Translations under genes and position numbers: made by a program
Shown: positions 22,716 through 34,818 of the stretch, one piece after another
Layout of the letters: each line of letters opens with the position of its first letter
How positions within the stretch are numbered: position 1 is the first letter of the stretch
The notes under the pieces: generated by a model
The model's database searches: none
The model's input: the letters and a program-made list of their open reading frames with translations, nothing else
What the model was told of the DNA's origin: nothing
DNA from: Felis catus
Lineage: Eukaryota
DNA length: 64,000 bases
Direction of reading: 5' to 3'
NCBI RefSeq assembly: GCF_018350175.1
Contig: NC_058383.1
Coordinates: forward strand, 30,692,001-30,756,000

Positions 22716-24829
22716 GAACAGAAACAGAGTCCGCAAGGTCAGTTCAGAACTTAGGCTCCGATATCCGTTTCCCAGCTGTGTAACTTTGCCTCTTTGTTCC
22801 TCGTCCTGGCCTCGGGTTTTTCCTCTGAAAAACGGTGATTCGATCCTCCGTTGGGACGATTCAGCGAGATGATGGATGGAAGGGCCCTCGCGTCCTGTGG
22901 CTGTCCTTGCTTCTAAGCCACTCTCAACCTGCCTCAATACTGCCCTGACTCCAGGCAGGACTGGGAGAACATGATCTGGGTTCAAAACTGCTGGACTTGC
23001 CAGGAGGTGGGAAATAGAAGCTCCGTCTGTCGGCCACCAGGCTGCTTCTGGTTCTGTTTCCAGCCCAAGAAGAGGGTCTCTCACGCGCCTTTGGGCCAGC
23101 CAGGAATGTCCCAGAGCCTTATACTCCACACCAGAACCCAGCAGGAAGGACAGTTAGGCCTACCCTCCTCTTTTTTGATGCAGACTTTAGCCTTCTGCCT
23201 GACCGTCCCTTTGTGCCCTTATTCCGTGGCCATTTCTCACTGCTTCAGATGTGAAGTGTCTAACTGCATTGGTGGGGGTGGAGACGATCTCTTGCCAGAG
23301 GGGAGAACATCCTGAACACGATGGCCCTGCTCACCGACAGACTCCCCCATCGTTATCGCTAGCTCTCTTAGGCATGCTTGCTAATGCCAGAATCATCATT
23401 CAGTCACATTGGCTGTGACCTGGGACATTAGCAATAAATGGTGAGCCTTAAGGGGCTTGCAGCAGGACGATGGATAGCACACTCACTGCAGCGCCCCCCC
23501 CCCCCCAGCCCAGCTGTCCTCAGAGATCCGCTCTGAAATTCCCTACGGTCACTCAAACGGTCCCCATTAATGCTCTTGTCTCTGTGGGCGCCGATAAATA
23601 TGGCGTGAAACTTGATCATCGGTGAGTCTTTACAGCTAATTACGGCTAATGCGAGCCACTCTCAAAATTGCCAAACATGCCTTCCAGAATATTACAGTTT
23701 GCAGCTAGGAATTAGGCAGAAAGAGCCAAATTCCATGCACACAATCTAGTACACAACCAAATAAGAACAACACTGAGTGGTTTCTGTCTGGCCATTAGGA
23801 ACTCCCTGAGGTGGGTCCGATGGCCCAGGCCCCGCAGCTTTGAAAGGCCAGGAAGGCGAGGAAGAGGTTCACGTCTACGGTCCTTGTCCACAGTCCTCCA
23901 GTCTGTGTGGCCAGGACTGTCCAATCTTCCGTTTGTGGCAAGGACCCTTTGGGCGCCCAACCCAGGGCCTTACCCGCAGCTTCTGACCCACAAGCTCAGG
24001 CCCTGGCGTGGTGGCCCCTCCACCCTTCCCTACTGTCACCCTTCCCCCCGGAGCACCTGGCACGCCACCACCACGCTGTTCAGGTCGCCTGGGCGTGTGT
24101 GTTCATGATCACTGGTAAAGTGGTACCACAGAAATAAAGAGTAGAAGGTGATGCCCCCTCACTAATCCCAACACCCCCCCCCACACCATCTCCATGAAAT
24201 CACCCGTGGGAGCAGTGGGAACGTAGCCCCATTGGGTTGGGGGATACAGACCCGTGCACACAAACCCTCCTACGCATTTGCTCTCTTCGACAAAACCAGG
24301 ATCACACGATGCTTTTTTTTAACATCTTGCTGTTCCTACTTAATATATTTGGTGACTGTCAATGCCAGCACATGTAAATCTACCTCTTGTGTAAAATACA
24401 CCCGTCATCCATCGCATCTCCTGTAAATGAGCATCACAAACACTGCACTATGTATTTATGCCTCCAGACGCAACACATCTGCATCTGTGGACTCTTCTCC
24501 GGGCATTTCAATGGAATTGCTGGTGTTGGGTCAAGGGGAACACATCAGGGAACGTGAGAAGATAGCACCTCTCTGAGATGGGTTGTATCTGTATCCTGAT
24601 AACAGTAAATGGAACTCACTGATCCTCGCCACCCTCGGCTGTTCTAAACAGAAGAACCTGGGTCCCCTTCCTTCCCATCCCGAGGCGTGGACCTCAGCGG
24701 GCAGATGGCCGCACCTGCCCACAGGTGGGTCTCTGTTCCTACTGTGAGCACATGACGGCTCTTGTCACAGGGCTCTGTGCAGACTCTCCCAGAATCCTCT
24801 TAACCAGAAGGAGCTGCTGTCAACATTTT

Positions 24830-25450
24830 TGAACGTATTTCCTTCAGCCCTTTCGGAATCCTTGTTAAGTGCGAATGGTTCCATCACCACGAGGATCCCT
24901 CTTATAGCCAAACCCACTCCCAACCCCTACAACCCCTGTGCCTCACTCCTAGCAGCCGTGTCTACACCTCCATCATTTCAAGACTGCTGTGTCAATGGAA
25001 TCACACAGGATGGAAGCTTTTGATTTTGGCTTTTCAAAGTCAGCATAATTGCCTCGCTATCTGTTGTAGCTGTTGTGTGTATCAGTCAGTCATTCCTTTT
25101 TTTTTTTTTTATTAATTGCTGAGTGGTATTCCATGGTGTGGTTGTGCCACAGTTTAACCGTATATCCACTGAAGGACATTTAGGTTGTTCCCCGTTTCCG
25201 GCTATTACAAATAAAGCTGTAGAACACATCTGTGTACACATATTTGAACCTAAGTTTTCACTTCTCTGGGATAAATATCCCAAAGAGTTCTGTTGCTGGG
25301 TCATAACAGTAAATGCACATTTAGTTTTGTAAGAAACTGCCAGAGTGTTTCCCAGAGTTGCTGTGTCACTTTACATTCCCACCAGCGCTGTGGGAGTGAT
25401 CCAGTGTCTCTGCACCAGAGCCAGCATGTGGTGTCTGTAACATTTTAAAA
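24830..25450 (-). mobile_element. Old L1 3' region (L1MB/L1MA-like)
   Basis: attgctgagtggtattccatgg...ctgaaggacatttaggttg...ggctattacaaataaagctg...aagaaactgccag. Confidence 0.75.
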
Positions 25451-25564
25451 TTTCGTGTTTGGTTTTTTTTCGTTTGTTGTAGTTATTGTGATTTTTTTCC
25501 CCCACCTCTTTGCTGATTGAAAGCCACATATTCCATTTTTTTCTTTTGGAAATTATCCGTATTT

Positions 25565-25621
25565 TTTTAATGAATTTAAATTTATTTAAATTTTATGGAG
25601 AGCATGCAAGTGGGGGAGAGG

Positions 25622-25677
<56 letters not shown>

Positions 25678-25788
25678 AAGAGATCTTAAGCAGGCTCCAT
25701 GCATGGCTCGATCCCACAACCCTGGGATCATGACCTGAGCTGAAATCAAGAGTCAGACTTTCAACCAACTGAGCCACCCAGGCTCCTC
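25565..25788 (-). mobile_element. Can-SINE with expanded (GA)n
   Basis: T-rich tail, (GA)n, gggatcatgacctgagctgaaatcaagagtc, gagccacccaggctcc. Confidence 0.9.
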
Positions 25789-25794
25789 TTAAAT

Positions 25795-26980
25795 AACTTT
25801 AAAATTTTAGAACACCTTCAAATCTGCATAAAAATTACAAAGATAATACAGAGACTTCCCACATGCCCTGTGCCTCGATTCCCCCGTTATTTATATCTTA
25901 TACCAGTAGCACATTTGCTACAATTAATGAGCTGATATCGATAACACTTTTATTAATGAAGTCCATAATCAGGTTCCCTTACTTTTTACCTAATGCCCAT
26001 TTTCTGCTCCAGGATCCCATCTAGCATAGCACACCTCGCTTAGGTATCACACCTCCTTAGTCTCCTCTTGGCTGTGACCATTTTTGATGACCTTGACAGT
26101 TTTGAGAAGTACTGGTCAGGTATTTTATAGAATGTCCCTCTCTTGGGATGGGTCTGATGGCTTTCTCATGCTGGAGCCCTGGGTTTGGGGGAGGAAGATC
26201 ACACGGATGTAAAGTGCCGTCCTCATCACCATCGTCAAGGTACATTGTGGGGTGCGGGCAGTCAACCTGACTCTGTCATCCCTGCTGATGTTCGGTCAGT
26301 GTCTCCACCGTAAAGTTACTCTTGGACCGAAGTCCCTATGCACAGTCCACATCTACGGATGGGGAGTTATGCTCCCCCTGCTTGAGGGCAGAATATCTAA
26401 GTAAATTATTTGTTTTTCTCTATGGGAGATTCGTCCCTTTTTCCCACATTTGCATGTTTATTTATATTAACACAGACTCATGGATTTCTATTTCTTATAC
26501 TTTGGGTTATAATTCAGCACTAGCTGTTGCTCAAATTGTTAAGCTTTGGCTATGGGGAGCTCTTTCAGTTGACCCCTCTGTCCCTTCTGACACCCCCTCC
26601 CCCGCCCCATTATTGTGAGCTTTTGAGAACTTCAGCACTTCCTTACTTTCTGGCCCGACAAGCTGCTCCAGGCTCATTTTGTGTATTTCCTGCCCCAGCC
26701 CTACAGCAGTCACTTCTCCAAGGATCTGCATCTCCTTTTACTGGAGAATGGTGTTAGAAACCAAGATCTGGACACTAGGTGTGCTCATTACTAGTGTGCA
26801 CCCTTGTTTCTAGGCTGGGAAGGACGTATCCTGTTTACTAACCTGTGTCTGTACACCTCTATAAATGTTTCTGGGTGTCCTCATCTGTTTTTAGCATCTG
26901 ATATTAAGGTAAACATGAATTCCTGTTGATGTCTCCACCTCCAATCCACTACGCCATGGTTCATTCTAGCTTCCTCCTCA
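25795..26980 (-). mobile_element. L1MC-type 3' UTR fragment
   Basis: aaattacaaagataatacagagacttccc...gctacaattaatgagc...gttttgagaagtactggtcaggtattttatagaatgtccctc. Confidence 0.75.
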
Positions 26981-27076
26981 TCCCACACATTTTATTTTTT
27001 GCATTTTTTATTGAGGTATTATATAATTCACATACCATAAAATTTCCCCTTTTGAAGTACAAATTCAGTGGGTTTT

Positions 27077-27300
27077 TTAATATTCATTTATTTTTGAAAG
27101 AGAGAGAGAGAGAGCATGAACGAGGGCAGGGGGAAGGGGCATGGGGAGGGTGCAGAGAAAGGGAGACACAGAATCTGAAGCAGGCTCCAGGCTCCAGGCT
27201 TCAGTACAGAGCCTGACATGGGGCTTGCAACTCATGAACTGTGAGATCATGACCTGAGTCGGAGTCAGACACTTAACCGACTGAGACACCCAGGCACTCC
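27077..27300 (-). mobile_element. Can-SINE
   Basis: Typical antisense SINE; TSD aaattca(g/t)tgg(g)tttt at about 27061 and 27302. Confidence 0.92.
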
Positions 27301-27851
27301 TAAATTCATTGGTTTTAATAGTGCAGCCATCACCACTGTCTGATTCCAGACAGTTTTTAGACAGTTTTTACCATTCCACAAAGAAATGCTGTGCCTGTTA
27401 GTGGTCACTCTCCCTTCCTCTTTCCCTCTTCCCCCAGCCCCTGACATACAAGAGTCTTCTTTCACTTCATTGCTTTTTACAGCTGAATAATCTTCCATTG
27501 TATGGATGTGCCACATTTTGTTTATCCACTCATCGATTAAAGGACATGTAGGCTTCTTTTTAGGCTACTGTGAGTAATGTTGTGAACATTCACACACAAG
27601 TTTGTACGTGGCTGTGTGTTTTCATTTCTCTTGAGTACATACCTAGGAGTGGAATTGCTGGTCCACATGATAGCTCTATGTTTAACATTATAAGGAGCTG
27701 CCAAAGTGTTTTCTAGAATGGCTGTACCATTTTACATTTCCACTAGCACTATATGAGGGATCTAATGTCTCCAAATCCCTGTGAACACTTGTTATTTTCC
27801 ATGTTTGTTTATAGCCATCCTAGTAGATGTGAAGGGGTATCTCATTATGGG

Positions 27852-28053
27852 TTTTTTTTTTTAGTTTATTTATTTTTGAGACAGAAGGAACACATGTGAG
27901 TGGAGGAGGGGCAGAGAGAGGGGCTGACAGAGAACCCCAAGCAGGCTCTGCACTGTCCACGCAGAGCTCGATGCAGGACTCAGTCTCACAAACTGTGAGA
28001 TCATGACCTGAGCTAAAGTCAGACCCTTAACCAACTGAGCCACCCAGGCGCGC
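27852..28053 (-). mobile_element. Can-SINE
   Basis: Typical antisense SINE; TSD ctcattatg at 27841 and 28054. Confidence 0.92.
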
Positions 28054-28479
28054 CTCATTATGTTTTTGATTTGCATTTCTCTAATGATCAGTGACATTGA
28101 ACATCTTTTCATAGTTTTCATATTCTTCTCTTCTTATTTTCTGGATATTAGATCTTTATCAGATATATGATTTGCAAATATTTTCTCTCATTCCATGGGT
28201 TATCTTTTCATGTTGTTGATAATGTTCTTTGAAGCACAAAACCTTAAAGTTTTGATAGGTACACTTTGTCTATTTTTAGTTTGGTTGCTTGTGCCCATTT
28301 TTAAGAAGCATGTTAATTACTCCTTTTTCCTAGCAAATACAAAGTTACTTACTATTTTCGCATTCCTTCCAAACATGACAATAACTTTCATGCACTTTAA
28401 TTATCCATTGAACTTCCCATCCTGACATTCTTGAGTTTTAGTTTCACTTTCACATTAAAAAATAGTTTTTTCAAGGGAA

Positions 28480-29350
28480 ATCAGTAGTTAATTAAATTTA
28501 CCAAAATACATTTATTAGTGTTTGCTCATCACTATTTTTTAATTTCATCCCTTCCTTGCTGAAACAGGTCTCCTAATAATTCTTTCAGTGAAGGTTTGGA
28601 AGTGGCAAACTCTTTATATGTCTCAGCATGTATTTATTTTGCCCTTCAATCTGAATGATGGTTTAGCTGGATATAAAATCTGAGGTTCATAGTTGCTTGC
28701 CCTCAGCATTGGAAGGTATCACTCTTTGATTCTGTTATTGCTAAGGGTGTCTGCTGTCTGTCATTCCTTTGTAAGTTACTCTTACTATCATTTCCTCCTT
28801 TCTCCTGTTCCAGCTCCTCTTAAGCATCCATTGATACCTCTTAATCCATTCTGTGGGTTCTTTGAACTGCGTGTTCTTATTGCTTGTGTCTGGGTCTCTG
28901 TGTTGTCTTTGGTTCACTGCCTGCATTCTGCCTTTTAATTCACTGATTTCCTCTCTAAACAGTGTCCCGTCTAGAATTTATCCCATTTATTGAGAGTTGT
29001 CTTTGTTTTATATTTTAATGGCTTGTCTTTTATCTCTGAGCTTTTGTTACCAATTATTCTCATTTCTTTCATGCCTGTTTTCTTTCCTAACATGTTGTTT
29101 TTCATAGATATTAGTCCTTTATCGAGGACCTTTTGATGCCTTAAACATACTGATTTTAAGTATTTGTCAGGCAGTTTTATATCATTCATTTCATCTGGAG
29201 TGAATTCATATTCCTGATTGAGGAGTCTGTAGACTGTCTTACTTAGCATGAGATTTCTTCACAGGTGGTGGGATTTTCTTCCAGATTCAATTTGAGTAAG
29301 ACGTAATTTTTTTTTTCTTTGGTTTTTCCTTCACTTTCTCTCTTGAATAG
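28480..29350 (-). mobile_element. Ancient L1 ORF1-like fossil (HAL1/L1M)
   Basis: tatttattttgcccttc...tgaatgatggtttagctggatataaaat resembles antisense ORF1 C-terminal region; ORF 28971-29249 has an LPDK..K motif like an old ORF1 N-terminus. Confidence 0.55.
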
Positions 29351-29528
29351 CTTCCTCCTGCCTGGTGGTTTGGGCTTCTCCACTCCAGCCCCATTTGGAA
29401 CCAGGTCTTACAGTAGAGCTGGAAGGCCCTTGCCCATGGTAACAGTGAGAAAACATGTTTCATTTCCTAGACTTGAGCCTATGTCTGTCCTTCCTTCCTA
29501 GACCCGTAGATCGCTACAAGCCCCAGCC

Positions 29529-29954
29529 CAGTGGTGTGCTCGAGACAGCTCCTCCTATCCAGCTCACGAAAACCAGTGATTAAATTTTGAGGAATTCTGT
29601 GAGCTCATTGTCAAACAACAATTACTAAAAATTAAATTCTCCGAACTCACCAGTGAATAAATTCTATTGAAAAGCAAAAGTAGTAAATACTCAAAACTGA
29701 CTCTTTTCTAATTACCTTGCTACCTGTTGCTATTACAATGCTGCCAGGTTGCTCACGGCTTTTGTATCTGTGTGGCAAGAGGTGCCATAGAGTGATGTGC
29801 TCACCGCATGTTTTCCCACGTCTGGGTCAGTGACATCACGCGGGTGATTTGATAGCAGCCATGACGAGAGCGTTCACCCACAGAAATGAGTGAGCATTGC
29901 AGATCGGTTCTCTTATTTTCTGGAGTACTTGTTAAAGACACCTGCACACCACTG
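29529..29954. mobile_element. MER63-family hAT-Blackjack MITE, both ends present
   Basis: Perfect 11-bp TIR cagtggtgtgc / gcacaccactg; 8-bp TSD-like ccccagcc / cccgggcc; internal taaatactcaaaact...cagtgacatcacg. Confidence 0.85.
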
Positions 29955-30670
29955 CCCGGGCCCCAGACAGCGACGGTTTTCTGCATCCTCCTTCCATAGA
30001 CAGAGGTCCCCAGGCCACCCCTCCTCCAAACAGGGGCCGGGCTTTATTTGCTCATCTCACAGAAACTGCTTTCAGTCTCTGTTACCCTACAGGAGCTTCC
30101 TTCCCAGCAATACTGCAACCCCGCTCATTACTCTGCGTTTCTGTCTTGTTTTTCATCCGCAGAGCTCTTTATTTCGGTGCTGAGGCGACTTCTGTCCTTT
30201 GGTCTTTCTTTTTTTCTATCTCACCCACCATGGCTCTTGAGTGTGGGGAGGAGAAGGTACATTAAATGCTGAGCATGCTCTACTCTCTTGATTAGAACTC
30301 GATAAACATGATTTTTTGTAGACATTTAACTTGTCTCCTGTGGCTGTGGATAACAGGCCTTAGAATATTTCCTTCCGCTTCCTGTATCTCTCCCGAAGTC
30401 ATTCACTTTATCTTCCTCCTCTCCCTTTGTTCCCTGGCACTTTCTTGCGCCGGTTATAACAAACGTGTTAATATGTTACATCGATGAATTATTCCCTGAA
30501 AGGATTGTGGATGTCACGAGGCTGCCTTCTCATTTCTTAGGCACTGAGTCAATATTACGCACTTAATTTAATAACATACCGTGTTGTGCCTAGCAGAAAA
30601 CAGGGGAGTCCCCCAAGTTCCCTACATGGAAATCCTTGGCCCCCTAATGTCCTGTTCCCTCCCCCCGCAG

Positions 30671-30900
30671 GTGTCACAGCTGTGTTCTCAGGCCACTACC
30701 ACAGGAATGCCGGGGGCACCTACCAGAACCTGGACATGGTGGTGTCATCTGCCATCGGATGCCAGCTGGGCCAGGACACCCACGGGCTCCGGGTCGTCGT
30801 GGTCACTGCCGAGAAAATCGTTCACCGCTACTACAGCTTGGATGAGCTGAGTGAGAAGGGGATAGAAGATGACCTCATGGGCCTGATGAAGGAAAAGTGA
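30671..30900 (+). CDS. CPPED1: Last coding exon of CPPED1 (calcineurin-like phosphoesterase domain-containing 1, Ser/Thr protein phosphatase)
   Basis: Translates (G)[75 protein letters not shown], recognisable as the CPPED1 C-terminus with the metallophosphoesterase GHxH motif. Preceded by branch-like ctaat, pyrimidine tract and cag acceptor (30668-30670), phase 1; TGA at 30898-30900. Confidence 0.95.
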
Positions 30901-32730
30901 TGGTGGCTGGCGATCTCGTGTTTCACTTCCCCTGGTTTTTTACTTTACCAGAAGCAGCAGGTACGCACCGTCCCTTGTTGAAACGTAAAAGTTCTCCAAG
31001 CCGATGTGTGGATTTTTGTCCTTTTGCATAAATCAGAGAGCTGGGTCCTCTCCTCCTATCCTAAATTGTATTCAAAGTAGAGCTTCCCTCCCTTTAAAAA
31101 AGAGAGGAGTTGGGGGAACTGGAAAATAAAAGAATAAATGATTCTAGTGTCTCTCTGCTTGGATGCTTGAATAAATTCTCCGAGTGCTGTGTCCCTCAGC
31201 TCTGCTTGTGAATTAGTGCTTGTGAATTAGCATGTGATAAATGTCTACCTGTCGACCTCCATCCCACCTTGATAGCCAAGTGTGGTCTTTGAAAATTCTG
31301 TGATCAGACCGCGTCCGATCGTACTAAATTGTGGTCACGACTCCCAAAGTGCTAGGCAAAACACGGGTCATCTCCTTTCCTTCCTAACAAAGCACATGAC
31401 TGTAACCCATTAGAGCTACGCAGGCTTGCTTTTACAAGGAGCTGGGTAGACCACATCTGCTACTAAATTTTGAGACTCCTGGCATTGTTGACAATGCGGT
31501 CGGTACAAGTCAAAGTTGAACTTGCCTTCTGGGTGACAAGAAAATCCTGCTTGGCACATGAACGGGCCATCTGTAGAAACCTCATCACAGAGACTAGAAG
31601 TGAAGCCCCACACCCTGGCTTCGTTCACATTCACGTCTGACAGCGTGGCGACCCTGCAGATTGGCATCCTCGTGGAATGGGAGTGGCCCTCCCCTTATGA
31701 GACTCTTCGCTGTGTCCGTTTGGACAGAACAAGTGGGAGTTGCTGCGGAGTTTTCCAAGGGAGCAAAGCAGAGACTCTGGTGGGGCAGGAATGGAGCTTT
31801 TGGCCGCATCACCTAAATCAGCCCTGGCTTTGAGGAAATGCACCGTATTTCTTGACGAAGGAGCACAGGCGGTTTGAAATCAGTGTCATTTTTACGTGAT
31901 CTCCTTTGCTGCTGCTTTGCCACCGCCACTGACCATGGCGCGATCTCGTCTGTCCCCCTGGTGGACGGGGAGCCTGGGCTGTCTGTCCTGCCAGGAATAT
32001 TTCACAACGCCGTGCAGTAGTGTGCTGGCATACACATACAGATGGGCTGCAAAGTCCATTAAACCACAAGACTTTCGTGCTACAGAGTTTTAGTCAATGT
32101 GGCAAAACCGTGAGACATTAAATAGGAAGATAATTGGATATGTAAATTCATAAGGAAAAAAGATGAGAAGTTAATTATACTACAGATCCGTGATGCACCA
32201 TAGCTCTTAGCTGTGTGGCACAAGAAAATTAGAATTTTTCAAAATTAGAATGCCCTTATTTTAGGACTTTGCTGCAGTCTTGATTTGTGTTCCATTTTTC
32301 TTTACAACAGGTGTGGATTGAGGAGGTCAGGAACAGCAGTTCAGTAAAAGGTGTAACTTTTTGTTTCATTTTATTTGGGGGAGGATATGGATTAAATTAA
32401 AAGCAATGGAAATGAACCGTCTAAGTCTCCTTCCCTAGAAACCTAATACGTAAAAGAATTGATTCAAGATACAGCAAAGCTATGCTAAGAATAGGGAATC
32501 CTATGAAATTCTAACCGTTTTTTAAGTAACCACCAATATTCCCTAATGGTAGTTGGTTCAGAAGAAGTTAGGAAATGATTTTGTAGATGAGTGTGTATCA
32601 TTCTGATAATAGATAATTACCAATGTACTCACTTATGATTGCTTTTTCTTTAAAAGAAAAAAACACATTACAAAATAAGTGCCTTATACTCTGGAAAACA
32701 ATAAAATACTCCATGATCCTAAGTGCTATG
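30901..32730 (+). other. CPPED1: Probable CPPED1 3' UTR (end uncertain)
   Basis: Follows the stop codon; largely repeat-free; AATAAA at 31125, 31133, 31170 and 32700, the last followed by a T/GT-rich stretch. Confidence 0.6.
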
Positions 32731-34181
32731 ATTTTGAATGTTTATTATGTGCTAAGTACATTTTCAGTGCTTTAACTGAGAGAGGTGGGGCTCACTTGGC
32801 CACAGTCATACAGCTCACCCGTGGGGAAGGAAGGGTAGAGATGCAGGCAGTCTGACGGCCCAGCCATGCTCCTTAGAAAACGTTTCTCACAGTGAGAAGT
32901 TTGCAGCAGCTCAGCCTGTGGCAACACGACAACATTCAGCACCTCTGACCACCTTTGCTGGACAATGACCCAGTGTTAGCGGGAAGCCATGGGGCTTGAT
33001 CCCAGGGTTTGCAAAGCCCGGACACCCCTTCTCTGACTGTACCAGATCCAGGGTGGCAAAGCCTGTCCAGGTTGTCCCAGGCAGAGAATTTTCCCCGAGG
33101 ATCCTGGAAAACTCCTGTCTGGGAGGCCACAGGACACAGTTCTGCCCACAACAGTAAAGTACTCCGTGGGATGACGCTCACTGCTTGCTCGTGGTTCCTG
33201 CCCCCAGGAGTAGGAAAGCCATGGCTCTCTCAAGGCAAGCAATGCCACCCAGCGCTCCCCTTCCAATGCATCGTTTTCTTTGGTGGTAGAAATAAGGGCT
33301 GCTAAAAGGAGAAGGTTATTTAAGGAGACCTAAAATGGGGTTCTCAAGACTCCAGCAGGCTTGCGGACGGGTTGGGGAGATACCTAACTGTGTTCACCTT
33401 TTTACAATAAGTAAGTGTATGTCTAGAACTCCGTCCTGTTTGCCCTCAGGTTGGAGAACAGGGGGGAAAGGTCTATAGTAAACCTTATGGAAGCGAGCAA
33501 ACAGAACGTTTCATACCGTCTTGTGATTTTCAGCATTACCTGGTTGTCAGGCTCTGATAGAGAGTTACAGGGCAAACCCTAGTTTTAAGCCTGAATAATA
33601 CCGCTAGGACCATTTCCCTTATGTAGTACAAAAGACACCAAGTTACATATAACTGTGGAAACTGTATTACACATAATACAGTTTAATAGTATAGTCTATA
33701 TTCTCATCGAAATCTGTTGAGGAAAGGTAGCAAAAACATCATTTGCATTTACTTGAACTCTTAATACTTATTCCCCAAGTAGTGTCTAAAACAGCTTTGC
33801 ACAGTCGTGAAATTAAGTAGCGACATTGTATTGAGCTGGGGGGAAAAGGAAGATTTTGGAATAAATCATCAAGGCAAGTTCTATTAAAAGCTTGCAGATA
33901 ACCTTAGTAGTTTGGGTTACACATGCAAGAGATAGTACTTGACAGGTAATATTGATTTTTTTTTATAACTTCATAAAATACTGTCTTCTGTCATTGGAGA
34001 GCTCTTAGGGATATATATATGATTCTTTTCTTGGAATAATAATGACTTCTAACATCTTTCTAGGAAAGGTTTTACTGACTAAATTCTCTTTTTCCTTCCA
34101 TGGATTTTTATTTCCATTATTTCTTTACCATTAGTGACCACGTACACATATACACATATATACAGTTTGGGTGATTCCTTT

Positions 34182-34406
34182 AAAAATTTTTTTAAATGTT
34201 TATTTATTTTTGAGAGAGAGAGAGACAGAGACAGAGCACAAGTGGGGGAGGGGCAGAGACAGAGGGAGACACAGAATCCAAATGAAGCAGGCTCCAGGCT
34301 CTGAGCTGTCAGCACAGAGCCTGACACAGGGCTCGAACTCATGAACCCTGAGATCATGACCTGAGCCAAAGTCAGATGCTTAATCGACTGAGCCACCCAG
34401 GTGCCC
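34182..34406 (-). mobile_element. Can-SINE
   Basis: T tail, (GA)n, gctgtcagcacagagcc, gagccacccaggtgccc. Confidence 0.93.
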
Positions 34407-34605
34407 TGAGGATGTTTCCTTTAGATAAATCCTAAAGGACCCATGTAGATTAAAAAAACAAAAACAAAAAAAACAAAAACAAAGGACCCATGTAGATTAA
34501 AAAACAAAAACAAAGCCTATGTAAATAAAGTGGATTGAACATGAATAATCACAAGTTACCTTTCATTATTGTGTTCTGATACTTCTCTTTAAAAAGTAAT
34601 TTTTT

Positions 34606-34818
34606 GGGCTCCTGAGTGGCTCAGTGGATTAAGCATCCATCTTAGGCTCAGGTCATGATCTCACGGTTCCTGATTTTGAACGCTGCGTCGGGCTCTGTGC
34701 TGACGGTGCAGAGCCTGCTTGGGATTTTCTCTATCCCTCTCTGTCTGCCCCTCTCCTGCTCACGCTCTCTATCTCCCTCTTAAAATAAATAAATAAATAA
34801 ACTTAAAAAAGAAATAAA
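34606..34818 (+). mobile_element. Can-SINE
   Basis: gggctcctgagtggctcagtgg head, ggtcatgatctcac, CT tract, (AAAT)n tail. Confidence 0.92.

Larger units (their letters stand above)
26990..28290 (-). mobile_element. L1MB-type 3' region, split by two SINEs
   Basis: ttgaggtattatataattcacataccataaaattt...ttccattgtatggatgtgccacattttg...gatttgcatttctctaatga. Confidence 0.8.

Noticed and set aside
28971..29249. 92-aa ATG ORF as a host gene
   Set aside because: It sits in an ancient L1/HAL1 ORF1-like fossil and shows no exon context.
30586..30670. N-terminal part of ORF 30586-30900
   Set aside because: It lies upstream of the cag acceptor and covers the branch point and pyrimidine tract, so it is intronic rather than coding.
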